Below, one piece after another: positions 55,744 to 64,000 of a stretch of 64,000 bases of DNA (position 1 is the first letter of the stretch; the number at the start of each line of letters is the position of its first letter). Made by a program: the position numbers and the translations under genes. A model generated the notes under the pieces. It saw only the letters and a program-made list of their open reading frames with translations. It made no database searches and was not told where the DNA came from. This stretch comes from a virus, in the IMG/VR virus record IMGVR_UViG_3300042691_050360, positions 1 through 64,000 of that record. The stretch is one strand, 5' to 3'.

Positions 55744-56760
55744 ATGGCAGATAGAGTTTTTCCTAACAACACAGAAGTAGACATGGGTTCTAAAATTTCA
55801 TTTAGCGGAATTGATTGGACGAGCGTGGAGCAAAATATGCAAAACAACAAGTTCGCAAGCTCCCAAGACGAACAGATCAAAAATCTTTTAAAGATGGCTG
55901 AAATGGTAATGGGGGAGGAAGCCGAGGATGAAGAGGAGGTCGAATCTGTGAAGGGAGACGATAAAGCTGAACCAGCTGAAGAAAACGCCGACAAAGATGA
56001 AAACTTTGATGGCGGGAAAATAACAGAAATGTTAAAAGAATCAAAATCAAACACAACTATGAAAAAAATCGCATTTACTCATCCAAGTCAGATTAGTGCT
56101 GAAGCTATTGAAGTTGCAAAAGCCGCTGGTGACGAAAATCTTGTCAAAACAATCCTGTCTGCTAGAAAAGCTAATAGAAAGCGGATCGCTAGTATTATTG
56201 AAGAGAAGATTGAAAATGAAACTCGGCTTGCTCAAAGACAAGCTCAGCGAGAAAACATTATCAAGGTTGCTCAGGAAGCAGAAGTTCCCGCGAGCCAGCT
56301 TGATTCAATGAGCACAGACGATTTACGACAATTGGTCGCTTCTTTCCAAGGCAACGCCCCTGATTATTTCAAGGCAGCTCTTGACAAGAGAGAAAATGAA
56401 GCGGAGATGATGGGGGCAATGGCTTTCACTTCGCCCACAAAGTTTAGCAAAGCTCAGCGTTCTGCATTTAACAAGATTGCTCAATCTCTTGGGATGCCAA
56501 GAGAATATGTTGATTCTATGTGTGCCAAGGTGTACGCAAAGGAAGTGGAAGCTCTAGCTAAAGAAGTTAAAGAAATTTATGCATCAAATGTTTCGGAGAA
56601 AACAAAAACCTCTCTGATCACAGCTACTATCAAAGAAGCCAAGCTTTCGCCAGATTCTAAAGCAGAATTCATTGATTACTGGAATGATGTTCTTGGTTAC
56701 CAAGATAAAGAGTTCTGGCCAGCGGTTGCCGCAGATTACGACAGTTCAAAGGAGAATTAA
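55744..56760 (+). CDS. head-cluster protein (scaffold/internal protein-like)
   Basis: Acidic/helical, many KxA motifs, SD GGAG. Confidence 0.7.
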   Translation: MADRVFPNNTEVDMGSKISFSGIDWTSVEQNMQNNKFASSQDEQIKNLLKMAEMVMGEEAEDEEEVESVKGDDKAEPAEENADKDENFDGGKITEMLKESKSNTTMKKIAFTHPSQISAEAIEVAKAAGDENLVKTILSARKANRKRIASIIEEKIENETRLAQRQAQRENIIKVAQEAEVPASQLDSMSTDDLRQLVASFQGNAPDYFKAALDKRENEAEMMGAMAFTSPTKFSKAQRSAFNKIAQSLGMPREYVDSMCAKVYAKEVEALAKEVKEIYASNVSEKTKTSLITATIKEAKLSPDSKAEFIDYWNDVLGYQDKEFWPAVAADYDSSKEN

Positions 56761-56764
56761 TTAA

Positions 56765-57583
56765 ATGTCAATTTTCAGAAAAGCCTCAGAATTAAATAAT
56801 TTACCCACTTCTGTGAGTGGTGCTCTTTTTGAAAATCATGATATTAATTTTCCTGATGAATTCGAGGGCCTTCTGAAAGAGGCATCTAGTAATAAATCGG
56901 TATACGAAAATAGACTTAAAAGTTTCCGAGAAGCTGGTTTAATTAAACACGAGTTTGAAGCACCTGCACCGGCTGTTTACCAAGAGGGCCAGGGTGGAAT
57001 CAGGAGAGCTGGTTTTGGCAAGCGTTTGGACGGTGAAAAATCGGAGCTTTTCGGTGAAGATGCTGTTCGATCTATAAACCATAACACAAATAAATATGCT
57101 GAAAATCTTCTCGATAATGGCTTTTCTATTTGGGAGCCCACATTCGACGACATTCAGGATGCCTTTGAGCAATCACAGAAACAATCTGATTCCGTGTTTG
57201 ATCGAAAGTCGGCAGCTGAAAAGAAATCTGTAGCTCATAACAACTGGGAAAAAGAGCAAACGAATCAGATCCGAAAAGCGAATGTTCTTCCTTATAGAGG
57301 ACTTGGAGTATGCAGACTTGCTAATGAAACTCCAATTCACCATGGGGATTTCGGAACATTTGACGAATTCTATGCAAATACTAGCGATAGTATTCGAGAC
57401 ATGGTAAGAGAGTCAAATAGTGCTAGAAAAGCTAAAATCTCAAGAAAGGGTGTAGACCCAGCTGAGCGAATTAATCAATGGCAAAATAAGGAAGCTATCG
57501 CAGCACGAACAATGGAAGCTCTTGAGAATAACTCATTAATGGCAAAGTTCGCTGATAGTATCGGTGTTGAACTTTATGATTAA
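56765..57583 (+). CDS. head-cluster hypothetical protein
   Basis: RKA, KEA, REA, KYA, RLA, KFA motifs. Confidence 0.75.
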   Translation: MSIFRKASELNNLPTSVSGALFENHDINFPDEFEGLLKEASSNKSVYENRLKSFREAGLIKHEFEAPAPAVYQEGQGGIRRAGFGKRLDGEKSELFGEDAVRSINHNTNKYAENLLDNGFSIWEPTFDDIQDAFEQSQKQSDSVFDRKSAAEKKSVAHNNWEKEQTNQIRKANVLPYRGLGVCRLANETPIHHGDFGTFDEFYANTSDSIRDMVRESNSARKAKISRKGVDPAERINQWQNKEAIAARTMEALENNSLMAKFADSIGVELYD

Positions 57584-58364
57584 GGAGTCTCAACTCGGTG
57601 GAGTGACACTTGATGAAATACTCGAAGTATTAAATCATTGCATGAATGAGAATGACCCTAAGGTGATTTGCGTTCAGGTTGAAAATCTAAGGAGTAGATG
57701 CCAAACTCCTGAATATTCTGATAGATTGGGGCAGATTTTGGGAGCTTTCAAAATCCCCGATGCCCCAATCAACGCAGTGACTAAAGACCCTATTAGTGGG
57801 GAACCTTACCCAAACTCAAAAAGTTTGTTGCAAAAACTGATACAAGATTTAGAGGGGCAAAAAAAGATGAGCAATAATAGTTTTAATTTCGCTAAATATG
57901 CACAAGCTAAAACGGACAAGAAAAAAACTCGTGGCAATCCGTTTCGAGTTTTAATGGGTAAAATTGGTAAGTTACTTGACCACGGCCTTGAAAAAAGAGA
58001 AATTACACGATATCTTCTCAAAGAAAAGATTTGGAACGAAGAAACTATCTCAAGGGCTGTCGGTATAGTTAAAGAGTATAATAAGAAGAAACATAGAAAA
58101 GGACTTAAAAAAGAATCTCAAACCTTACTCAATACTGCTGAAGAGTGGCCAAAGATGGATATTGATTATAGTAAGCGTTCAAATGCCGAGTTGATTACAT
58201 CAGTATGTTGGCTTAATTCGTTGCAGAAAATGAATTCAAAAGATAATGCGTTTGGTAAAGAGGTTGAAGACCGATCTGGCGTGAAAACTATGATTAGTAA
58301 AATCAAGAGTGTGCTTAAAGAAAGGGGCATGTCTCAGAGTGCTCTTGATGAAATTTTGAAGTGA
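57576..58364 (+). CDS. head-cluster hypothetical protein
   Basis: KESQ, KYAQ motifs; KTRGNPFRVLMG segment. Confidence 0.75.
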   Translation: MIKESQLGGVTLDEILEVLNHCMNENDPKVICVQVENLRSRCQTPEYSDRLGQILGAFKIPDAPINAVTKDPISGEPYPNSKSLLQKLIQDLEGQKKMSNNSFNFAKYAQAKTDKKKTRGNPFRVLMGKIGKLLDHGLEKREITRYLLKEKIWNEETISRAVGIVKEYNKKKHRKGLKKESQTLLNTAEEWPKMDIDYSKRSNAELITSVCWLNSLQKMNSKDNAFGKEVEDRSGVKTMISKIKSVLKERGMSQSALDEILK

Positions 58365-58368
58365 AATT

Positions 58369-59421
58369 ATGAGAAAGTTAGCGGGCACTGATGTAATTGT
58401 ATTAATCAAAACAGCTCTAAAGGATGAAATAGTCCTTAGAGAAGCACAGACTTTATCAAGAAACGATTTTGCATCAAACGACTTACTCACAGATTGTTTT
58501 TTCCGAATTTGCCCCGCTGGATTCTCATCTGATCAATTTGCCAGTAAAACAGCAAGTGCTGAAGTTTTAAAAACTCTTGAGGCTGTAAAGAAAGAAATTC
58601 TTGATTCGGGTGTGAGAAAAGCTTTTAATTATATCCAAAATGTAAGAAATTCAGAAGACAATGCAGTTGTATTAGAGAACGCACTTAACGAAACAAATAA
58701 ATTATCTAAAGTAGAATTTCAACACAGAGCTGCAAATCTAATAAACTTTTTATCCAAGTATATAGATGGAGAGTCAAATAGACAAGCCCTGGCGAGCTCT
58801 TGCACCAAGGTTATTCATGGTGAACTAGACGATGCCTCTAACATGTTGCGTAATATTTTCGCCCGGTCAAATCCTCAACAAAACATTAAAACTGCATTTG
58901 TAACCATTAAGCAACAGATTGGAGAAGGTTATCAGATGTGCCCTAAAGGAATTTTTCAGTCAGGGTATCCAGTTCCTATGCCTATCTCAAGCTGCAGAGA
59001 TTATTGCGTAGACGCAAGACTAAATCCAGATGGCACTGTTGGCTGTAACTACGTTAAATGGCTTAATGACCACGTTATCACGCAGGAACAAGCACTTAAT
59101 ATCCCAGACAAGATCTTGACAGAGCAAACCACATCCAATCTTGAGCCAGGACAGAGAACTAAATTCCCAATGTCTGACCAAGATTCTCAAGACATGAGAA
59201 TGGTTAGAGATGAAAAACTAACAGAATCTGTAACAACAAAGTCATGGGAAGAGCAATTAAGCAAAGTTCACGAAAAGAGCCAAGCAGGAAAAGAAGATAA
59301 AAGTACGCTTTTGGCTTCTGAAGATGCACTCGAAAAGCTTCTAAAAAATGTCAGAGACGTGTTCGACGAAGACGATCTTGATAACTTAGAACAACAATTA
59401 AGAGAAGCCGTAGGTGAATAA
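58369..59421 (+). CDS. head-cluster protein with Cys cluster
   Basis: CPKG..CRDYC..CNY; KLA, KTA, REA motifs. Confidence 0.75.
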   Translation: MRKLAGTDVIVLIKTALKDEIVLREAQTLSRNDFASNDLLTDCFFRICPAGFSSDQFASKTASAEVLKTLEAVKKEILDSGVRKAFNYIQNVRNSEDNAVVLENALNETNKLSKVEFQHRAANLINFLSKYIDGESNRQALASSCTKVIHGELDDASNMLRNIFARSNPQQNIKTAFVTIKQQIGEGYQMCPKGIFQSGYPVPMPISSCRDYCVDARLNPDGTVGCNYVKWLNDHVITQEQALNIPDKILTEQTTSNLEPGQRTKFPMSDQDSQDMRMVRDEKLTESVTTKSWEEQLSKVHEKSQAGKEDKSTLLASEDALEKLLKNVRDVFDEDDLDNLEQQLREAVGE

Positions 59422-59764
59422 AATGTCCTGGTACAGATTGGCTAAAGATTATGTGAATACATATAATCAAAATGCATTAACTCAATATTACCAAGCAAAG
59501 GATAAAGCTCAGTTTACAAATTCGCTCGAAATCCCCGATCAACCTGACAGTAACCCAGAAGAGATGGGACTTGAAAAAGCCCTTAATCCAGAAAGAGATA
59601 ATATAGTCAAGAATCCAAAGATGATGAACGAGATTAAACAACCAGTAAGGGTTAAAGCAACAGGTCAAGGATCTGATGCACTGCTTAACATTAATAAAGA
59701 TATGCCGATATATAACAACGGCGGAAACAATTTCATAAATACGACAGACTGGAACACAAACTAG
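59414..59764 (+). CDS. small protein with N-terminal WYRLA motif
   Basis: MNKMSWYRLAK. Confidence 0.7.
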   Translation: MNKMSWYRLAKDYVNTYNQNALTQYYQAKDKAQFTNSLEIPDQPDSNPEEMGLEKALNPERDNIVKNPKMMNEIKQPVRVKATGQGSDALLNINKDMPIYNNGGNNFINTTDWNTN

Positions 59765-59782
59765 GTTCACAACCTAGTTTTT
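59760..59782 (+). terminator. short hairpin with T-run, overlapping a probable AGG-type promoter for the portal gene
   Basis: ACTAGGTT-CAC-AACCTAGT followed by TTTT. Confidence 0.5.
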
Positions 59783-59822
59783 CATAAAATCTATGTACAA
59801 TCTAAACTAGGAGCTAAAAAGT

Positions 59823-62174
59823 TTGTTCAGAGATTCCAATATTCCATCATTGACTTCAGTTATGACATCTATGGCACAGAGTGTCTTTGAAAAAACTGCT
59901 TCTAGACAACCTAATGCAACAACTGGTGACCAGGAATGGCCACAAATCAGAACAGCAAAGGGTATTGGGCCAACAGGGGGGCGATATGCACAAATGTCCT
60001 CCAATATGCTTAACAACACAACTACGTCGCCCAATTTTTATTCCCCGTTTCTTACACCGTCGTCTTTCCAAATACCTAGCACCAGAAAGGAAATCTACCT
60101 CTGGTCAAACTGGTGGAGAAATAACGAGCCAAAAGTTGCAGCCGCGATTAACTTTTATACTAACTTTCCATTTAATGGCTGGAAGCTGGAATGTAAATCT
60201 GGAGTAGTTAAAGACTATTTTGAGAAGTTAATTAAAAAACTGAATTTTCAAAAGTTTCTTCCGTTGATATCTAATTCATACCACCTGTATGGAGATGCGT
60301 TCGTGCTTACTGAAATAGACTGCCCTGCGTGTGGCGGGGGAATGATTAACCAAAGAACCGGTGAACTGTGCGAGCACCAAGGTGCAACTTGGAAATCTAT
60401 TTCCATCCTGAATCCAGATTCAGTTATGATTACGCCGGGGTTCGTTTCTACAGAGCCCACTTATGCATATCTACCCAATGACCGGGAAATAAAAGTGGTC
60501 ATGGAGGGCAGACCGAGAGAGCTCTTTGATCAAATTCCAGATGTGGTAAAAGCGAAGATCAGAGCAAAGCAACCAATACCGCTCGATCCTATGTGCATTC
60601 ACCACTTTAAATATGGTTCGGATTATTGGTCAGACTACGGAACTTCAATTGTTAAGCCGCTTTTTGTTACTCTGGCTTATAAAGATAAACTGAGACAGGC
60701 ACAATGGCTGATTGCAGAAAGGCACATTATCCCAACCAAGATTGTTATGGTGGGAGATAACGAAAGACCAGCTTCACAGGCCGACCTTGATTCTGTGCAA
60801 GATCAACTCTCCGCTGTTGCGAATGATCCTAATTTAACACTGGTTGTGCCGCATGCCTTCAAATATGAATTCGTTGGTGCCAATGGCCAAATCCTCCCAG
60901 TTTCGAATGAATTTGAACTTTTAGATCAAGAGATTCTTGATGGATTGATGGTTAATAAAGCACTTCTCAATGGAGAGGGCCCGGCTTATGGTAATGCACA
61001 AGTTGGATTGCTTGCCATGAACGAGCGTCTTGAAACTTGGCGAAGAGAGGTTTCTCACTGGATTCAAGAAAAGCTTTTCAAAAAAGTTGCAGAATGGAAC
61101 GGGTTTTATGCAGAGGGCGAAGGCGGACAACAAGAGCTAATCTATCCTACAATTGTTTTTGACCCACTTCGGCTTAAAGATAACACTGGAACTCTTCAGA
61201 TGTTGGTCACAGCACAGAGCAACGGCGTTATATCTGCGGAAACCTTAGTTGAAGAATTTGGCCTTAACTGGGATCAAGAAGTTGAAAGACTCAGGTTTGA
61301 ACAAGGAATGAATTTTGTTAATTCTTCCGAGGTTATGAATACAGATCTTAATGTTGGTTTTGGTGGAGTTAGTGGGGAAGGTTTCGGGGCAGGTTCTGCA
61401 CCAGGCGGTGCACCACTTGGGGGAATGATGGATGCTGGTGCTCCACCAGCCCCCGGAGGAATGGGTGACATGGGTGCGGGAGCACCAGCTGAAGCACCCG
61501 CCGGAGGAATGGGTGCTCCAGAGCCAGCCGCAATGGCGGAAGTCCTTCATGGACAATATAAGTTCGCTTCAAATTTGATGAATGAAATTTCTTTCAACAG
61601 AACATCAATGGCAAGCCTTGATGATAGGGAATTTATTAGCGAAGTGGACAGAGAGCTGAATCAGAAGTTGGCCGTTACTGGCAGAGCACATGTTGGCGAT
61701 ATTCCTGAAGATCTGGAACCCGTGAAGCCTTGGTCTTGGCATCCTATCGGAGAACCTATGAACTACGATGCTGTAAAGCTGGTTAAAATGGCTAAGGTTA
61801 AACAAAAGCAAAATATCCACGGATATACTTCTTTGGAGAAAAAGCTTTATCAGATTGTGATGCAGATTGGTGCACCTCTGGCTTTTTACGCTCAATATGA
61901 GGCTGGGCCAGGAAAGGAATACATTCTCGATGGTGCCTTCCCTCAAATTAAACTGGCTGTGGAAGCAGATGGAGAAATCTGGCACAATAACCCACAAAAA
62001 ATAGAATCTGACAAAAACAGAGATGTGTCTATTTCAAGACAGGGTTGGACAATCCTTAGGTTCACTGACAAAGAAATTACCAAGCAACCTAAGGATGTAG
62101 CAATGGTTATTAAGCAAGCCATCCAGAAGTTACTTGGTAATTATAACACACCAAGCGGGCAACAGACTGTTTAG
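59823..62174 (+). CDS. portal protein fused to C-terminal DUF559/Vsr-like endonuclease domain
   Basis: EPKVAAAINFY..FP, YGDAF, LNPD, YGTS portal pattern; Gly/Ala/Pro linker; LD.AFP..KLAVEADG..WH...D..RD....GW.ILRF. Confidence 0.8.
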   Translation: MFRDSNIPSLTSVMTSMAQSVFEKTASRQPNATTGDQEWPQIRTAKGIGPTGGRYAQMSSNMLNNTTTSPNFYSPFLTPSSFQIPSTRKEIYLWSNWWRNNEPKVAAAINFYTNFPFNGWKLECKSGVVKDYFEKLIKKLNFQKFLPLISNSYHLYGDAFVLTEIDCPACGGGMINQRTGELCEHQGATWKSISILNPDSVMITPGFVSTEPTYAYLPNDREIKVVMEGRPRELFDQIPDVVKAKIRAKQPIPLDPMCIHHFKYGSDYWSDYGTSIVKPLFVTLAYKDKLRQAQWLIAERHIIPTKIVMVGDNERPASQADLDSVQDQLSAVANDPNLTLVVPHAFKYEFVGANGQILPVSNEFELLDQEILDGLMVNKALLNGEGPAYGNAQVGLLAMNERLETWRREVSHWIQEKLFKKVAEWNGFYAEGEGGQQELIYPTIVFDPLRLKDNTGTLQMLVTAQSNGVISAETLVEEFGLNWDQEVERLRFEQGMNFVNSSEVMNTDLNVGFGGVSGEGFGAGSAPGGAPLGGMMDAGAPPAPGGMGDMGAGAPAEAPAGGMGAPEPAAMAEVLHGQYKFASNLMNEISFNRTSMASLDDREFISEVDRELNQKLAVTGRAHVGDIPEDLEPVKPWSWHPIGEPMNYDAVKLVKMAKVKQKQNIHGYTSLEKKLYQIVMQIGAPLAFYAQYEAGPGKEYILDGAFPQIKLAVEADGEIWHNNPQKIESDKNRDVSISRQGWTILRFTDKEITKQPKDVAMVIKQAIQKLLGNYNTPSGQQTV

Positions 62175-62470
62175 GATTTCTTGAAAAAATTCAAGATCCT
62201 AGATAGGAGAGATGGCTTCTTGCATTTGCAATTATCAGGGCAACCAAATGCTTGTTGTTCTGATAAAACAATACGGTCACTTTCGGTGCAAACCACGCCA
62301 TCTACGGTGGCAGCTTCGCGGCGGATTGGTTTAGCTTCGCCCGTGTCCGCCTTCAGAGAGATATATTCCAAAGCTTCTTCCTCGCTTTGGAATAATTTAA
62401 CAGCTCTCTTTCCGCCCTCCTTCATCATGGCGTACTTGCCGTTTTTCTTGACCACATAATAATTACTCAT
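62171..62470 (-). CDS. small protein, DUF2188-like N-terminus
   Basis: YVVK..GKY...EG.KRA.K.F....EA; GTATATT+6 nt before ATG 62470. Confidence 0.6.
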   Translation of the reverse strand: MSNYYVVKKNGKYAMMKEGGKRAVKLFQSEEEALEYISLKADTGEAKPIRREAATVDGVVCTESDRIVLSEQQAFGCPDNCKCKKPSLLSRILNFFKKS

Positions 62471-62525
62471 AATATAAATATACATACAGGGGCAAGGAAA
62501 AGTTTCCAAGAAATATAATTTAAGC

Positions 62526-64000
62526 ATGATTAAAAGAGGCATAAGCGGTGGAATGTTGTCTGTTAGTTCTTTAATTGACAAGAGCGAAAGATCAGCATTA
62601 GTTAAAAACACTATGGTAAAAACATCTTCTTCTATACGGGAAGCTGCTAAAATTGGTCTTCAGTCGTTGTATGCTAATGCCGATGAAGTTCTCGAAAGAT
62701 ATAAAGATTTTGATATTATCAAGGAAATGAAGGCCAGAAACGGTGCCAACCTTCTCTGGGTAAGAGCAAGAGCTATTGATGCAGATGTTTGTAATGCAAA
62801 CGGTGACTATTTTGAAGAGTCCGAGCTAACTAAAGAAGTGGATTGCCAGGGCAAGAAAATGCCGGCATACAAAACATTCGAAGGTGTGCCTATTTACACC
62901 AACCATAAAAATGACAACATCGAAGAAGCAAAGGGGATGGTTGTTTATGCTGAATGGGATGATGAAGAAAAGTGCGTCTATTGTGTGTTCTTCATAGACG
63001 AAGATGCTTATCCAGATATCGCCAGAGGAGTGCGACAGGGCTATATCCATGATGTATCAATGGGTTGTTCTGTTAATGAAGGTAAGTGCTCCATCTGCGG
63101 CAACAAAGCAACCACTGAAAAAGATTATTGCGATTGTCTTAAAAAATACAAAGGTAAGATGCACCCATCCGGGAAGAAAGCATTTGAATATAACTATGGA
63201 ATTAAATTCATAGAACTTTCCTGCGTAGGAGATGGTGCCTTTGATGCATGTGAAATTCTTGAGCTTTATGATCAAGATGATCTTCTCCAGAAAGCCGCTG
63301 GAACAATTAAATCAGCACAAGCTTTAAACTCATCAATTTCGCTCGCTGTTTCCATGAATGATGAAATTTCTGACAAAAGAGAAGTGGAATCTGCCTTAAG
63401 ACAGCTACAAAATCTGAACAAAGATATTATTAAAATTGCTCAGACAGCTGGAACCCTAGTTGGTGGACAATTAATAGGAAATGCTGGAGCCCAAAATGCT
63501 ACAGTAGTTAAGGTTTTGCAAGGACTCGGTATTGACCCAAGCGGAAGCTTGAATATTCTTGATCTTGTAAATCTTGCACTCAACTTCCTTGAAGTGGCTG
63601 TTTTAAATCTATTCTCAAGAAAAGATAATATCGACCTTACGCATGTGGCTAAGCTCACAAAAGCAATGGGTGAATTACAGAATACGCTCCAAGACATGAT
63701 CGATGACGGAATTGAAACAGCTGGGCAAAAAGGCGGACAACCAATGATTCCAGCACAGCCTCAGCCTCAAGGCCAGCCAGCTGGAGCTGCTCCGGCAGCA
63801 CCCGCTCAAGAGCCTGCACCAGCTCAGGCTGCAGCACCGCCGGCACAGCAAATGAGTTTCACTCCTGCTGTTGGACAAATGATTTCCCCGTTTTCTCAAC
63901 AACCAATGGCTATGCCATTGGGCGGAGGAGTTTCAGCAAGCAACAACAATGTGAGAATGGTCTGGGCTTCATCAAACAATGAAGTGGAATCAACTCCTAT
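62526..64000 (+). CDS. prohead maturation protease-like polyprotein (partial, runs off window)
   Basis: Open frame from ATG 62526 read by hand: N.NGD.F, PIYTNH, VSMGC..CSICG..YC, FIELSCV.DGA, then Gln/Pro/Ala linker; follows portal. Confidence 0.75.
   Translation, partial: MIKRGISGGMLSVSSLIDKSERSALVKNTMVKTSSSIREAAKIGLQSLYANADEVLERYKDFDIIKEMKARNGANLLWVRARAIDADVCNANGDYFEESELTKEVDCQGKKMPAYKTFEGVPIYTNHKNDNIEEAKGMVVYAEWDDEEKCVYCVFFIDEDAYPDIARGVRQGYIHDVSMGCSVNEGKCSICGNKATTEKDYCDCLKKYKGKMHPSGKKAFEYNYGIKFIELSCVGDGAFDACEILELYDQDDLLQKAAGTIKSAQALNSSISLAVSMNDEISDKREVESALRQLQNLNKDIIKIAQTAGTLVGGQLIGNAGAQNATVVKVLQGLGIDPSGSLNILDLVNLALNFLEVAVLNLFSRKDNIDLTHVAKLTKAMGELQNTLQDMIDDGIETAGQKGGQPMIPAQPQPQGQPAGAAPAAPAQEPAPAQAAAPPAQQMSFTPAVGQMISPFSQQPMAMPLGGGVSASNNNVRMVWASSNNEVESTP

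Noticed and set aside
20964-61997. Numerous 60-130 aa antisense or alternate-frame ORFs inside large genes
   Set aside because: No motifs or start signals; expected shadow ORFs, unlike the HNH at 4062, which has a clear catalytic motif
61340-63920. GC-richer repetitive stretches at ~61350-61540 and ~63720-63920
   Set aside because: Explained by Gly/Ala/Pro/Gln low-complexity linkers in portal and protease; the antisense ORFs there are shadows
1-64000. Stop-codon reassignment
   Set aside because: Conserved genes are full length in code 11 and end in TAA, TAG and TGA; coding density is high

Overview
This window is part of a large, AT-rich, tailed (jumbo-type) bacteriophage genome using the standard genetic code. 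Layout: (1) 1-20 kb is a mixed-strand accessory region. It holds two tRNAs, a CCA-adding enzyme, ribosomal protein bS21, an Fe/Mn SOD, a Dps/ferritin-like protein, two glycosyltransferases, a GMP reductase/IMPDH-family enzyme, RusA- and RecB/Cas4-like nucleases, and three homing-endonuclease-like genes. (2) 20.4-48.0 kb is a + strand replication/recombination module with split SbcC plus SbcD, Ycf46-like AAA, DnaC, DnaB, split DnaG, DnaE, SSB, RecA, RecJ, class I RNR, MazG, DnaX, DnaN, three sigma-like factors and SpoVS. (3) 48.1-64 kb is a head module with the terminase, many uncharacterised head-cluster proteins, a portal fused to a Vsr/DUF559-like nuclease, and a prohead-protease-like ORF running off the end. 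Four observations stand out. (a) A 672-nt HNH element sits antisense and in frame inside the HD motif of the CCA enzyme, with both strands open and no intein or ribozyme signature. (b) Expression looks largely leaderless, with two promoter classes; one is sigmaH-like, with AGG exactly 34 nt before 11 start codons. (c) Recurrent K/R-x-A and LD-x-x-G-x4-AD peptide motifs mark genes of that promoter class, suggesting a capsid cargo-addressing/processing code that extends to enzymes. (d) The 9-mer ACACAATCT is strongly over-represented. All family calls come from motif recognition by eye; no database searches were run.
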